From Eubacteriales bacterium (GTDB lineage: Bacteria > Bacillota > Clostridia > Oscillospirales > SIG627): a stretch of DNA of 64,000 nucleotides. The notes under the pieces were generated by a model, which saw only the letters and a program-made list of their open reading frames with translations, made no database searches and was not told the origin of the DNA. The stretch lies in the NCBI GenBank assembly GCA_045531235.1, contig JAZSDQ010000098.1, forward strand, positions 8,554 through 72,553, written 5' to 3'. A program made the translations under genes and the position numbers. Shown piece after piece: positions 1-10,090 of this stretch. How positions within the stretch are numbered: the stretch's first letter is position 1; every line of letters starts with the position of its first letter.

Positions 1-1163
1 GCTGCAATATCACGGATCCAAAGTGCGATCTTCTCCATTTCTGCAGCGCCGAAGCCACGGGAGGTAACCGCAGGGGTGCCAAGACGCATACCGCTGGTAA
101 CAAAGGGGCTTTCGGGATCGTCGGGAATGGCATTCTTGTTTACGGTAATATGTACGGCGTCAAGTCTTGCCTGCATTTCCTTACCGGTAACCTTGAAATT
201 GCGAAGGTCAATAAGCATCAGGTGGTTATCGGTACCGCCGGATACTACGCGGAAGCCTGCTTTTTCCATTGCTTTGGCAAGAGCAGCCGCATTTTCAACG
301 ATCTTCTTCTGGTATTCGGTAAACTCAGGCTTCATAGCCTCGGCAAAGGATACTGCCTTTGCGGCAATGATGTGCTCCAGAGGACCGCCCTGGAGTCCGG
401 GGAACACTGCTTTATCAATGATCTTTCCAAGCTCTTCCTTGCAAAGGATCAAGCCGCCGCGGGGACTGCGGAGAGTTTTGTGAGTGGTCGTAGTAACAAC
501 ATCAGCATAAGGAACGGGAGAGGGATGAAGACCTGCCGCAACCAGACCTGCAATGTGAGCCATATCTACCATATAGTAAGCGCCCACTTCTTTTGCGATC
601 TCGCCGATCTTTTTAAAGTCAATGGTACGGGAATATGCGCTTGCGCCTGCAATGATCATCTTCGGCTTGCACTCCAGAGCTACTTCTCTGATGTGATCGT
701 AGTCCAGAACCTCGGTCTTTTCATCCACACCGTAGGAAACGATGTTGTAATGCTTACCGGAAATATTGGCAGGAGAGCCGTGGGAAAGATGTCCACCGTG
801 AGCAAGTGAAAGACCCATCACCGTATCACCGGGCTGAACAAGAGCAAGAAATACGGCAAGGTTTGCGGAAGCACCACAGTGAGGCTGAACGTTGGCGTGT
901 TCTGCACCGAAAAGCTTCTTTGCGCGTTCAATGGCAAGCGTTTCCACTTCATCGATATGCTCGCAACCGCCATAATAGCGCTTACCGGGATAACCCTCGG
1001 CATATTTATTGGTCAAAACCGTTCCTGCTGCCAGAAGCACCGCTTTGGAAACAATGTTCTCGGAAGCAATGAGCTCAATATTGTGTCTTTGACGAAGAAG
1101 CTCACGGTCACAAGCCGCAAATACTTCAGGGTCATACTGTTTCAGTTCATCAAAAAAATTCAT
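1..1163 (-). CDS. glyA: Serine hydroxymethyltransferase, 3' end cut by window edge
   Basis: My own reverse-strand translation from ATG at 1163-1161 reads [71 protein letters not shown]...[19 protein letters not shown]. It contains the SHMT PLP-lysine box. It is absent from the ORF track only because it runs off the window. The + strand ORFs at 76-1262 are its antisense shadows. Confidence 0.93.
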   Translation of the reverse strand, partial: MNFFDELKQYDPEVFAACDRELLRQRHNIELIASENIVSKAVLLAAGTVLTNKYAEGYPGKRYYGGCEHIDEVETLAIERAKKLFGAEHANVQPHCGASANLAVFLALVQPGDTVMGLSLAHGGHLSHGSPANISGKHYNIVSYGVDEKTEVLDYDHIREVALECKPKMIIAGASAYSRTIDFKKIGEIAKEVGAYYMVDMAHIAGLVAAGLHPSPVPYADVVTTTTHKTLRSPRGGLILCKEELGKIIDKAVFPGLQGGPLEHIIAAKAVSFAEAMKPEFTEYQKKIVENAAALAKAMEKAGFRVVSGGTDNHLMLIDLRNFKVTGKEMQARLDAVHITVNKNAIPDDPESPFVTSGMRLGTPAVTSRGFGAAEMEKIALWIRDIA

Positions 1164-1282
1164 TTTCTTTCCCTTTCGTTTGTTTTGATCTTGAGGACAT
1201 TTGTTTTTATAATAGGGACATTGTATCACTTTCGCCCGATTCTGTCAATTTACGATTTGTAAAATATATAGAAATTTTCCCC

Positions 1283-2086
1283 TCATTTTATGGAAACTTC
1301 CACAAAACCCGTTTTTCTCATTTGCCACAAGGAGAAAAAGCCCATTTCCGAAAGCGCTTGGATGCTTTCTTCAAAATGGGTGGTCAGCGTATCCACGCTG
1401 TGAGAATCCCCGTTTAATACAAGTTTTGCTCCCTTTTTCTTCAGATGCTTCAAAATGAAATCGTCGGGATAAGGCGTTTTGCGATAGCCTCTGCCAATGG
1501 CGCCTGTATTTACTTCAATAAAGGGAACGTTCTGGAGAACCTCGTCTACCGCCGCAAGGGCAAGCTTTTGATACTCTTCCCCTGCCCCGTCGAAAAGGCC
1601 GTATTTTTGAATAAGATCAAAATGCCCTTGCACCTGAAACTCTCTTTTGCGACTATTTTCCACCACGGTATCAAAATAGCGCTTGGCAAGCTCCATAGGA
1701 TCTCCCCGACCATGCTTGGAAATGAATTTCTGCTGACCTTCGGCAGATGCATCCATGGGAAAATATTCATCTTTCACATAGATATAGTGTACGGAACCAA
1801 TGGTGTATTCAAATTCATGGGAACAGGGTCTTGAAAAATAATCTTGCTCAATCCCGCAGAAAATTTCCAGCTTCCCTTCGTATTTTTCCTTTAATTCCCC
1901 TATTTCCTTGCGGTATCGGGGGTAATCCTCCTCCACGGCACTGTAACCCGGATCAAAAGCCGTTTCACTGTGATCGGAAAAGCCCAGGGAAACAAAATCA
2001 AGGGCGATGGCTTTTTGCACCATTTCCTCAGCCGTATTCTTTCCGTCGGAAAAGGTGGTATGAGTGTGAATATTGGAATGACGCAT
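1283..2086 (-). CDS. PHP-domain histidinol-phosphatase family protein (HisJ/HisK-like)
   Basis: 267 aa. The N-terminus is MRHSNIHTHTTFSDG...GFSDHSE, which carries the PHP metal-binding His/Asp motifs. Confidence 0.72.
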   Translation of the reverse strand: MRHSNIHTHTTFSDGKNTAEEMVQKAIALDFVSLGFSDHSETAFDPGYSAVEEDYPRYRKEIGELKEKYEGKLEIFCGIEQDYFSRPCSHEFEYTIGSVHYIYVKDEYFPMDASAEGQQKFISKHGRGDPMELAKRYFDTVVENSRKREFQVQGHFDLIQKYGLFDGAGEEYQKLALAAVDEVLQNVPFIEVNTGAIGRGYRKTPYPDDFILKHLKKKGAKLVLNGDSHSVDTLTTHFEESIQALSEMGFFSLWQMRKTGFVEVSIK

Positions 2087-2094
2087 ATTGCCTC

Positions 2095-2913
2095 CTATTC
2101 TTCCAGACGGAAAAGCCTTTTGGCGTTTTCCCCTAAGATCTTTCGGTTTGCTTCTTCTCCAAGCTCCAAAGAAAGAAAGGTATCAAGCTCACGGATAGGA
2201 TTCCACATAGGATAATCCGAACCGAAGAGAACGCGGTCAAAACCCCAGCGGCAGATCAGATCCTTTGCTTTTTTGGGATCGTAAAAAGGGAAGGTGGAAG
2301 AGCAATCTACATAAAGATTCGGCTCGCCGCTCAATTTTTCACAAGCCTCCTCCCAGATGGACCAGCCGCCCAGATGGGCGCCGATGATGGTGAGAGAGGT
2401 ATAGATCCTCAAAATCGGCAGGAGTCTGTTGGGGTTGGAATAATCGTAGCGGTGATCCCCGGTATGAATAAGAATGGGAACGCCACGCTTTTCACATTCC
2501 TCGTAAATGGTAAGACAGCGGTAATCGTCCAGCTTGAATGCCTGAATGTCGGGATGCAGCTTTACTCCTTGCAGACCCATTTCCAGAAGATGCTCCAGAT
2601 CTCCTTTGATATCCGTACTGTCGGGATGAAGGGTTCCAAAGCCGAAAAAGAGCTTCGGCTCTTCTTTTACCTCTTTGGCGATAAAATCGTTGATGCTGCG
2701 AACCTGATGAGGCGTCGTGGCAACGGAATGAACGAGAAAGCGGTCAATTCTGCCATCTGCCAAAACTTCCTTCAGCCCTGCGGTAGTTCCGTTGCAGGCA
2801 CCTTTGGTATTATAAAAATGATCCGTCCCCGCAACGGCGCGGGCGGCGATCTTTTCGGGATATATATGGCAGTGGGCATCGATAACTTCCATATTGCCGA
2901 TCATACGCTTCAC
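2095..2913 (-). CDS. TIM-barrel metal-dependent hydrolase (amidohydrolase family)
   Basis: 272 aa. Motifs: IDAHCHIYPEKIA (HxH), LHPD, ILIHTGD and GSDYP. A paralog lies at 53498-54334. The start could be an internal Met a few codons downstream. Confidence 0.7.
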   Translation of the reverse strand: MKRMIGNMEVIDAHCHIYPEKIAARAVAGTDHFYNTKGACNGTTAGLKEVLADGRIDRFLVHSVATTPHQVRSINDFIAKEVKEEPKLFFGFGTLHPDSTDIKGDLEHLLEMGLQGVKLHPDIQAFKLDDYRCLTIYEECEKRGVPILIHTGDHRYDYSNPNRLLPILRIYTSLTIIGAHLGGWSIWEEACEKLSGEPNLYVDCSSTFPFYDPKKAKDLICRWGFDRVLFGSDYPMWNPIRELDTFLSLELGEEANRKILGENAKRLFRLEE

Positions 2914-3051
2914 CTCCGTAAAGTAACAAACTTTATTTTACACCCAAACACCGTTCTTTTCAATAGAATCCCCCGAAAATTTAGGAAAAATCATTGCGCC
3001 TGCTTTTCGTTTGTGATATAATACAGAAAATAACACGACCGAGGTAACAGT

Positions 3052-3912
3052 ATGATTTTTGAAACCGTTCGCCTGCCCTACGGCGGCAAAGACAATGCCA
3101 CGCTTACCGTATACAGCTATGAAATGCGGGAAAAGCCTGCCGTCAGAAAAAGACCGACCGTTCTCATTGCTCCCGGCGGCGGTTACGGAAACATTTCCGA
3201 CCGTGAAAGCGAGATCGTAGCTCTCCGCTTTCTTTCCTGGGGATACAATGCAGCGGTGATAAAATACAGCGTTGCCAAGGACGCCGTTTTCCCTCAGTCC
3301 CTTTGTGAAGCTGCACTTGCCATGGCATATTTAAAGGAAAATGCCGAACGCTTTTACATTGATAAAACCAGAATCTATACCTGTGGCTTTTCCGCAGGCG
3401 CCCACCTGATGCTTTCCCTCGGTGTTTTTTGGGATAAAAAGTGGCTCTCCGATGCCATCGGCAAAGAAAACGAACTTCTCCGTCCCACGGCGCAGATCAT
3501 CTGCTATCCCGTAGTTACAAGCGATCCCGAAGTCGGTCACGAAGGCTGTTACAAAAAGCTTTTAGGAGATGACACTTCCGAAGAAAAAAAGAATCTTCTC
3601 TCTTTGGAAAAGCAGGTAACGAAAAACACACCTCCCACCTTCCTGTGGACCACGCAAACCGATGCCACCGTGCCTTGCGAAAATTCCATTCTGCTTGCCG
3701 CTGCGCTCCAAAAGGAAAAGATCCCCATGGAATTTCATTTGTACGGCTGGGGCAGACACGGTCTTTCCGTAGCCGATATTACCACCCAGACTCGAAAGAA
3801 TCTCTCTTTTGATTTTCTTGACAGCCACGTTCAGCCCCATGTTGCCACCTGGCTTCCCCTTTGCAAGGAATGGCTGGAAGTAAAATTCGGCATTGAAACG
3901 AATGAAAAGTAA
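3052..3912 (+). CDS. Alpha/beta hydrolase (acetyl esterase/lipase type)
   Basis: 286 aa. It has an oxyanion-hole motif APGGGY and a nucleophile elbow GFSAGAHL. Confidence 0.75.
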   Translation: MIFETVRLPYGGKDNATLTVYSYEMREKPAVRKRPTVLIAPGGGYGNISDRESEIVALRFLSWGYNAAVIKYSVAKDAVFPQSLCEAALAMAYLKENAERFYIDKTRIYTCGFSAGAHLMLSLGVFWDKKWLSDAIGKENELLRPTAQIICYPVVTSDPEVGHEGCYKKLLGDDTSEEKKNLLSLEKQVTKNTPPTFLWTTQTDATVPCENSILLAAALQKEKIPMEFHLYGWGRHGLSVADITTQTRKNLSFDFLDSHVQPHVATWLPLCKEWLEVKFGIETNEK

Positions 3913-3918
3913 AAATTT

Positions 3919-3948
3919 ATACCCGTAGTCTTATCTACGGGTATTTTT
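3919..3948 (+). terminator. Rho-independent terminator after the esterase gene
   Basis: 10-bp stem ATACCCGTAG / CTACGGGTAT followed by a T-run. Confidence 0.8.
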
Positions 3949-4085
3949 ATGTAATACTGATTTATGATATAATAAACACAGGAAGAAACATTTTTTCAAA
4001 TCAACACATTTTCTGTTCCGTGTTGTTCAAGAAAGCTCCTTGAAAACGTAAAATATAATCACAAAATCAAAAGGAGGTTCTTGAA

Positions 4086-4427
4086 ATGAACACAGATAAA
4101 ATTTTAGCAGAATCCATCGCAAAGGATTACGCCCCCAAAGAGGACTCAAAAATTGTTGCTTTGAAAAAGTTGGACCGTCGCGCAAAGCTCCCTGCCACAA
4201 TTTTCACTTACACTTGGGGTATTGTATTTGCCCTTGTTTTCGGCACGGGAATGTCCCTGGCTATGCAAGTGATCGGAAACAGTATGATCCTTGGTATCGT
4301 TGTAGGCGTGATCGGCATGATTGGTTGCGGAGTAAACTATCCCATTTACAAGAAATTACTTGAGAAGGGCAAGGCAAAATACGCTTATGAAATCGTTGAG
4401 CTCGCCCGTGAAATCGCAGACAAATAA
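4086..4427 (+). CDS. Small membrane protein, unknown function
   Basis: 113 aa. Two central hydrophobic helices (IFTYTWGIVFALVFGTGMSLAM and ILGIVVGVIGMIGCGV). An AGGAGG ribosome-binding site lies upstream. Confidence 0.5.
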   Translation: MNTDKILAESIAKDYAPKEDSKIVALKKLDRRAKLPATIFTYTWGIVFALVFGTGMSLAMQVIGNSMILGIVVGVIGMIGCGVNYPIYKKLLEKGKAKYAYEIVELAREIADK

Positions 4428-4451
4428 TCAAACCTTTGAGGGAGCGGTAAT

Positions 4452-5048
4452 ATGAATAAATCCGAAAGCAAATATTTTAATACTGCCACGAAAATAGACC
4501 TTGCTCTGATTTCTTTACTGAAAAAGAAACCGCTGGAATATATTACCGTCAGTGAAATTTGCAAAACGGCAGGTGTGAATCGCTCCACCTTTTACTTGCA
4601 CTATGAAACCGTCGGAGATCTGCTAAATGAAACGGCGCGGTACTTGCTGGACGATTTTCTGGCATATTTTGCCGCCGACACGCAATCTGTTGCGCTGCAT
4701 CTTTCCAACTGCGAGCTTGATGAATTGCTGTTTATCTGCGATAAGTACCTGACGCCGTATTTCAGCTATATCAAAGACCACAAGGAAGTATTTAAGGTGG
4801 CGCTGGAACAAAACAAAATCCTTGGCTTTGAAAATGTTTACAAACGAATGTTTGAAAAGATCTTCGATCCGATTCTGGAGAGATTTCACTATCCAACAGA
4901 TATCAGGGAATACGTGATGATGTACTATCTGAACGGTATCAACGCCATCACTCTGGAATGGCTGAAAAACGGCTGTGACAAATCCACCGCTGAAATATCC
5001 AAAATCATTACCATCTGCGTTTACGGGAAGGACAATATCCATGGATAG
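4452..5048 (+). CDS. TetR/AcrR family transcriptional regulator
   Basis: 198 aa. The N-terminal HTH is ITVSEICKTAGVNRSTFYLHYETVGDLL. Confidence 0.8.
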   Translation: MNKSESKYFNTATKIDLALISLLKKKPLEYITVSEICKTAGVNRSTFYLHYETVGDLLNETARYLLDDFLAYFAADTQSVALHLSNCELDELLFICDKYLTPYFSYIKDHKEVFKVALEQNKILGFENVYKRMFEKIFDPILERFHYPTDIREYVMMYYLNGINAITLEWLKNGCDKSTAEISKIITICVYGKDNIHG

Positions 5049-5610
5049 GACGCGAAAGCTTGCGCTTTTCAGCTTGCTATTCAATACGGTGTACAGTGCC
5101 TATCACATTATTTTCGGCATAACAACACGCTCGTGGTGGCTGTTTACCATCGGTATTTACTATACGATTCTGAGCATAGTTCGCTTTGTTGTTCTCAGAG
5201 GAAAACGTAGGAAACGCTCTGCAGTTCGCTTTACGGGAATTATGCTGATGATGCTGTCTGTATCCCTCGTAGGAACGGTCATCCTTGCTTTTGTAAAAGA
5301 CAGAGGCAGAGTTTTTCCTTTGGTGGTAATGCTTGCCATCGCAGTATATGCCTTTACAAAAATTACCCTTGCAACCGTAAAATGGTTTAAGTCGCGAAAA
5401 AGCAAATCGGTAAATGTGATAGCATTAAGAAACATCTCCTTTGCCGATGCCTTTGTATCTATATTTTCTTTGCAAAGGTCTATGCTCGTATCCTTTGAGG
5501 GAATGTCGGAATTGGAAATCCGCATAATGAACGTTGCAACCGGTTCTGCGGTCTGTATCATTGTTTTTCTGTTGGGATACCATCTGATAAAGCAAAACAG
5601 ATCCACATAA
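5041..5610 (+). CDS. Multi-pass membrane protein, unknown function
   Basis: I prefer the start at ATG 5041 (MDRTRKLALF...), which overlaps the TetR stop in ATGGATAG, rather than the track start at 4975. The protein has several hydrophobic helices. Confidence 0.5.
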   Translation: MDRTRKLALFSLLFNTVYSAYHIIFGITTRSWWLFTIGIYYTILSIVRFVVLRGKRRKRSAVRFTGIMLMMLSVSLVGTVILAFVKDRGRVFPLVVMLAIAVYAFTKITLATVKWFKSRKSKSVNVIALRNISFADAFVSIFSLQRSMLVSFEGMSELEIRIMNVATGSAVCIIVFLLGYHLIKQNRST

Positions 5611-5645
5611 AAAAAGATGCACGAAAAATTCGTGCATCTTTTTTT
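5611..5645. terminator. Bidirectional terminator between convergent genes
   Basis: Palindrome AAGATGCACGAA-AAA-TTCGTGCATCTT flanked by an A-run and a T-run. Confidence 0.8.
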
Positions 5646-6942
5646 ACAGATCACAGCGGATGAGATCCTCAAGGCTCTCTCCGCGAACCGCCAAGCGGTC
5701 ATTGCCGTCTTTCAGCATAACCACGGGAAGGCGCTGAATACGGTTGTAGTTTGACGCCATAGAGTAATTGTAGGCACCTGTGGTGAGAACAGCGAGAAGA
5801 TCCCCTCTCTCGACCGAACAAGGGAGAAGGATGTTCTCCTGAATAATATCGCCGCTTTCACAGCATCTACCCACGACGGAGCAGGCAAAATCTGCCTTTT
5901 CATTCATTTTCTCAGGCAGACATACGGTATATTCCGAGCCGTAAAGAGCAAAGCGGGGATTATCGGACATACCACCGTTGACGGATACGTAGTTCTTATA
6001 TCCGGGAATCTTCTTTACCGTGCCTACGGTATAAAGGGTAAGTCCTGCATCGGCTACGATGCTTCTCCCCGGCTCCATAAGAATACGGGGAACCCGGATT
6101 CCAAGGGATTGGGAAATACGGCTTACCGTTTCCCCTACCTGCAGAAGGCACGCTTCCAGATCCAAGATAGGATCCTTTTCGGTGTAAGGAACGCCCCAGC
6201 CGCCGCCGAGATCCAATTCTTTGGCGAGGAAGGAGGTTTCCTCTTTTACATCCCTAATAAATCCCAGCATAATTTCCGCGGAACGGAGGAAGGTATCGGC
6301 ATCAAAGACCTGACTGCCCACGTGGCAATGAAAGCCCATCAGACAGATGTTTTCACAGGCAAGGGCAAATTTTGTGATCTCCATTGCCTGCCCCGTTTCA
6401 ATGGCAGAGCCGAACTTGGAATCCACCTTGCCGGTGGCAACCGCTTCATAGGTATGAGGATCAATGCCGGGAGTGATGCGGAGCAGGATCTTCTGCTTTA
6501 CACCAAGCTCTCCTGCAATGCGATTGATCGCCTCCACTTCTTCCCGATTATCACTGACAAAATAGCCAACACCTGAGCGAATGGCAAAGAAAATATCCTC
6601 GTCTGTTTTATTGTTTCCGTGAAAATGGGCTTCGGCAAGGTCATATCCTGCGCTTTTGGCAGTGTAGATCTCGCCGGGAGAAACTACGTCGATTCCCATT
6701 TTCTCATCTTTCATGATCCGATACATTTCGCGGAAAGAGCACGCCTTGCTGGCATAAAGCACGGAATAATTATCACCGAAAGCTTTTGCCATTGCTCTGT
6801 GATACAGGCGGCACATTTCGCGAATACGGTCTTCGTCCATAACGTAGAGAGCATTTCCGTATTTTTCACGAATTTCTCCCAGATCCCGACCTGCAAAAAG
6901 CAGTCTTCCGTCGGGAGTGATGGACAAGTTTTTACAAAGCAT
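5644..6942 (-). CDS. lysA: Diaminopimelate decarboxylase
   Basis: Group IV PLP decarboxylase features (YASKA lysine, HVGSQ, GGGWGVPY, CESGD). The start is trimmed to MLCKNLSITPDG at 6942. The track's 25-codon extension overlaps the upstream gene. Confidence 0.9.
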   Translation of the reverse strand: MLCKNLSITPDGRLLFAGRDLGEIREKYGNALYVMDEDRIREMCRLYHRAMAKAFGDNYSVLYASKACSFREMYRIMKDEKMGIDVVSPGEIYTAKSAGYDLAEAHFHGNNKTDEDIFFAIRSGVGYFVSDNREEVEAINRIAGELGVKQKILLRITPGIDPHTYEAVATGKVDSKFGSAIETGQAMEITKFALACENICLMGFHCHVGSQVFDADTFLRSAEIMLGFIRDVKEETSFLAKELDLGGGWGVPYTEKDPILDLEACLLQVGETVSRISQSLGIRVPRILMEPGRSIVADAGLTLYTVGTVKKIPGYKNYVSVNGGMSDNPRFALYGSEYTVCLPEKMNEKADFACSVVGRCCESGDIIQENILLPCSVERGDLLAVLTTGAYNYSMASNYNRIQRLPVVMLKDGNDRLAVRGESLEDLIRCDL

Positions 6943-6946
6943 AGTT

Positions 6947-8260
6947 TTACCTTTCCGGAACAAATTCTGAATAAATGGCCTGAATGGCTTTTTCGTAATC
7001 CTTTTCCTCCAGCGCAACGATAATGTTCAGTTCACTGGAGCCTTGGTCAATCATACGGATATTGATCTTCTCTCTTGCAAGAGCCGTAAAAAGACGGGCG
7101 GCAGTACCGGGAGAATTGATCATACCGCGGCCTACGACGGCGATGAGGCAAAGATCCTCTACCAGGTGGATACGGTCTGCCTGTACGGCAAGCTGAAGAT
7201 CCTGAATGATCTCATTTTCTCTGCCCTGGATCTCATCGCGACCGAGAACTACAGTCAAAGTATCAATGCCGCTGGGAAGATGCTCAAAGCTGATCTTCTT
7301 TTTCTCCAGCACCTCAAGAACGCGTCTGCCGAAGCCGAGCTCACTATTCATTTTTCCTTTTTCAATATAAATGGCAGCAAAGCCCTTTTTGCCTGCAAGA
7401 CCGGTAACGATGCTCTTGGATTTTTCCGCTTCCTGCACGATCATGGTGCCTGCATCTTCAGGAGCATTGGTATTGCGGATATTGATGGGGATACCTTCCT
7501 TGCGAACGGGGAAGATGGCATCCTCGTGAAGAACGGAGGCTCCCATATAAGAAAGCTCTCTTAATTCTCTGTAGGTCACACACTCAATAGGCTTGGGGTT
7601 CTTTACCAGGCGGGGATCTGCCATGAGAAGACCGGAAACATCGGTCCAGTTTTCATAAAGATCTGCCTTGGCAGCGCGGGCAACGAGAGAACCCGTGACA
7701 TCAGAGCCACCGCGGGAGAAGGTCAGGATCTCCCCCTGTTCCGTTGCGCCGTAAAAGCCGGGGAATACACCGCGGGTATTCTTTTTCAGAAGAGAAGCTA
7801 AAGCCACATTGGTCTGTTCTTCCAAAAGCTTTCCGTCTTCGCCGAAAAGAATTCCATTCGCTGCTTCCACAAAGGGGAAATCAAGATAGGCTGCCAGAAT
7901 ACGGGAGTTAAAATGCTCACCGCGGGAAGCGATATACGCTTCACTGGCGCCGTTTTTAATGTTTTCATAGAAAAGATCAAAATCTTTTTCCAAAGAAAAA
8001 TCAATTCCGAGATCGCGAATGATCTCATCAAAGCGCTCACGGATCTTCCCGAAGGGCTCGTCAAAATTCTCATTCCGACTTGCAAGCTTGTAGCAAGAAA
8101 GAAGAAGGTCCGTTACCTTAATATCGTCGCTGAAGCGTTTGCCCGGCGCAGAAGCTACCACGTAGCGGCGGCTCTTATCTGCACGGACGATTTCCGCAAC
8201 TTTTTCAAACTGCTTGGCGGATGCAAGACTGGTACCGCCGAATTTAATAACTTTTAACAT
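6947..8260 (-). CDS. Aspartate kinase
   Basis: 437 aa. The N-terminus is MLKVIKFGGTSLASA...VVASAPGK, and the C-terminal region looks like an ACT domain. Confidence 0.9.
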   Translation of the reverse strand: MLKVIKFGGTSLASAKQFEKVAEIVRADKSRRYVVASAPGKRFSDDIKVTDLLLSCYKLASRNENFDEPFGKIRERFDEIIRDLGIDFSLEKDFDLFYENIKNGASEAYIASRGEHFNSRILAAYLDFPFVEAANGILFGEDGKLLEEQTNVALASLLKKNTRGVFPGFYGATEQGEILTFSRGGSDVTGSLVARAAKADLYENWTDVSGLLMADPRLVKNPKPIECVTYRELRELSYMGASVLHEDAIFPVRKEGIPINIRNTNAPEDAGTMIVQEAEKSKSIVTGLAGKKGFAAIYIEKGKMNSELGFGRRVLEVLEKKKISFEHLPSGIDTLTVVLGRDEIQGRENEIIQDLQLAVQADRIHLVEDLCLIAVVGRGMINSPGTAARLFTALAREKINIRMIDQGSSELNIIVALEEKDYEKAIQAIYSEFVPER

Positions 8261-8276
8261 ACATACTCCTTGGAAC

Positions 8277-9164
8277 TTATTTGATAATATTCAGTTTCTT
8301 CATTTCTCCGAGAAGACGCTTTTCATTGGTTTCTTCCATAGGAGTCAGAGGCATTCGAAGATAATTTTCGCCGTATCCCATGGCGGCCATAGCGGCCTTC
8401 ACGGGAATGGGGTTAACCTCGCAGAACAAATCGTGAATAAGGGGAAGATAGCGCAGCTGCATTTCCTTTGCTTCTTCGATCTTACCTGCAAAGAACTTTT
8501 TGCACATAGCATCGGTATCGCCGGGGATCACGTTGGAAAGAACGGAAATAACACCCTTTCCGCCGAGAGAAAGCACGGGGAGGATCTGATCGTCATTACC
8601 GGAATAAATATCAATACGGTCACCGCAAAGAGCAGCAACGGTAGCCACCTGAGAAAGGTCGCCGCTTGCTTCTTTCAGACCGACGATCCTGGGATGATCT
8701 GCCAGAACGTTCACCGTTTCGGGCTTAAGGTTGCAGCCGGTACGGGAAGGAACGTTATACATAATAATAGGCTTATCCACGGCATCGGCAATTTCGGTAA
8801 AGTGACGGATAAGACCCTTCTGGGTTGCCTTATTGTAATAAGGAGTTACCACGAGAAGCGCATCCGCACCTGCTTCACAAGCGTGCTGAGACAGTTCAAC
8901 GGCGTACTTGGTATCGTTGGAGCCGGTACCGGCAATCACGGGAACTCTGCCCTTCGCCTGCTTTACAGCAAAAGAAATAACGTCTCTATGTTCTTCATCG
9001 CTAAGGGTACTTCCTTCACCGGTGGTACCTACGATTACAAGAGCGGAAATGCCGTCCTCGATCTGAAATTCAATGAGCTTTGCAAGGTTTTCATAGTCAA
9101 CGCCCTTTTCTGTCATAGGAGTAACGAGAGCAGTGGCAGCGCCTTCAAAAATAGTGTTTTTCAT
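8277..9164 (-). CDS. dapA: 4-hydroxy-tetrahydrodipicolinate synthase
   Basis: 295 aa. Motifs: GAATALVTPM, VVGTTGEGSTLS and YNVPSRTG. Confidence 0.92.
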   Translation of the reverse strand: MKNTIFEGAATALVTPMTEKGVDYENLAKLIEFQIEDGISALVIVGTTGEGSTLSDEEHRDVISFAVKQAKGRVPVIAGTGSNDTKYAVELSQHACEAGADALLVVTPYYNKATQKGLIRHFTEIADAVDKPIIMYNVPSRTGCNLKPETVNVLADHPRIVGLKEASGDLSQVATVAALCGDRIDIYSGNDDQILPVLSLGGKGVISVLSNVIPGDTDAMCKKFFAGKIEEAKEMQLRYLPLIHDLFCEVNPIPVKAAMAAMGYGENYLRMPLTPMEETNEKRLLGEMKKLNIIK

Positions 9165-9185
9165 AATAAATCCTTTCTAAACATT

Positions 9186-9415
9186 GAAAAATCGGCAGCC
9201 GCAATGCGGCTACCGACAAAACACCAAAATGAATCCCCTTTGGGAAGTCGGATAGCACTCCGCATTGCTGCGACAACAACAGAGATCTTCTCCCTGCTGC
9301 CAGCCAAGCCTTCCGCCGAGAAAAGCTCACTTCGGCACCCACCCCTTTCCCCCTCTCAGCTTCGGCAAGCCATTTCGATCCGGGTACTCTTGATGCAGTG
9401 CGCCTCTATCAAGGT
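9186..9415 (-). promoter_or_regulatory. Lysine riboswitch (L-box) with terminator, leader of dapA / aspartate kinase / lysA
   Basis: The minus strand reads GATAGAGGCGCACTGCATCAAGAGTACCC...GAAAGGGGTGGGTGCCGAAGTGAG...CTGGCAGCAGGG...GTTGTCGCAG. This matches the L-box core blocks AGAGGNGC, AGAGTA, GCCGAAG and CTGTC-like. It ends in a long hairpin (TCGGTAGCCGC/GCGGCTGCCGA) followed by TTTTT. Confidence 0.8.
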
Positions 9416-9562
9416 TGAGAATACCATATTTTCAGCCTATTGTCAAGGTTTTCGACAAAATTTGCCCTAGGTTGGGAAGGAGCAAAAGAAGCCTTTCTAT
9501 CTTTACAATATGCTCTTTCTCTCCCAAAGGGAACCGAGCTATGGGATTTTTTGAAAAAAGCA

Positions 9563-9591
9563 TTGCATTTTTTCCAAAGCTATGATACAAT
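9563..9591 (+). promoter_or_regulatory. Putative sigma-A promoter of tRNA-Ala
   Basis: TTGCAT, a 17-nt spacer, then TACAAT, which ends 13 nt before the mature tRNA 5' end. Confidence 0.5.
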
Positions 9592-9604
9592 ATTTCTGTC
9601 CCTC

Positions 9605-9680
9605 GGGGCATTAGCGCAGTTGGGAGCGCACCACACTGGCAGTGTGGGGGTCAGGGGTTCAAGTCCCCTATGCTCCACCA
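9605..9680 (+). tRNA. tRNA-Ala (anticodon GGC), CCA encoded
   Basis: Manual cloverleaf fold. Acceptor GGGGCAT/ATGCTCC includes the G3:U70 alanine identity pair. D arm is GCGC-AGTTGGGA-GCGC. Anticodon arm is CCACA-CTGGCAG-TGTGG. T arm is AGGGG-TTCAAGT-CCCCT. The 3' end is ACCA. Confidence 0.93.
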
Positions 9681-9681
9681 G

Positions 9682-9711
9682 AAAAAAGCACTTGCAACGG
9701 CAAGTGCTTTT
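9682..9711 (+). terminator. Terminator hairpin, copy 1 of 3
   Basis: AAAAAAGCACTTGC-AACG-GCAAGTGCTTTT. An identical 30-mer recurs at 10096-10125. A 2-mismatch copy (loop AATA) lies at 12470-12499. Confidence 0.85.
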
Positions 9712-9832
9712 TTCAATGAAATCCGCCTCAATGACGGACGGATGGATTTCATTTCATCGTTAATTTCCATGAATAGGGCAATATCGCAGATTGTTGATTC
9801 CGTTCATCAACGCTGCCAAGGAGAATACCATT

Positions 9833-10090
9833 ATGAAATTTTCTTTAAAATCCATCTTGCGTTGGGCAGGCGTTTTTCTTTTGTGTTTTTTGGTTCTTTA
9901 CGTCACCGTCTTCTTCGGCGGATGGAAGCTTTTTGAAAGCGGCGACCCCATTCTGATAGAACTCGGCGCTGCGTTTATTCTATCCATCTTCGTATTTGCC
10001 GCAAACGAAGTAATCACAAATCTTGAAAAAAGAATCAAAGCACTGGAAGAACGGATAAAAAAGTTAGAAGACAGTTCTTTTGATAAATAG
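9833..10090 (+). CDS. Small two-TM protein with a C-terminal coiled-coil tail, unknown function
   Basis: I prefer the start at MKFSLKSILRWAG, which follows an AAGGAG site. The track ORF starts at 9791. There are two hydrophobic helices, then LEKRIKALEERIKKLE. The gene ends at terminator copy 2. Confidence 0.45.
   Translation: MKFSLKSILRWAGVFLLCFLVLYVTVFFGGWKLFESGDPILIELGAAFILSIFVFAANEVITNLEKRIKALEERIKKLEDSSFDK

Noticed and set aside
6943-7017. A 25-codon N-terminal extension of lysA in the ORF track
   Set aside because: It overlaps the aspartate kinase 3' end. The internal start MLCKNLSITPDG gives the expected protein N-terminus and operon spacing.
8214-9470. A 418-aa + strand ORF
   Set aside because: It is antisense to dapA and runs through the L-box leader. 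I see no ribosome-binding site or motif.
9440-9763. A 107-aa + strand ORF
   Set aside because: It runs straight through the tRNA-Ala gene and its terminator, so it is not coding.
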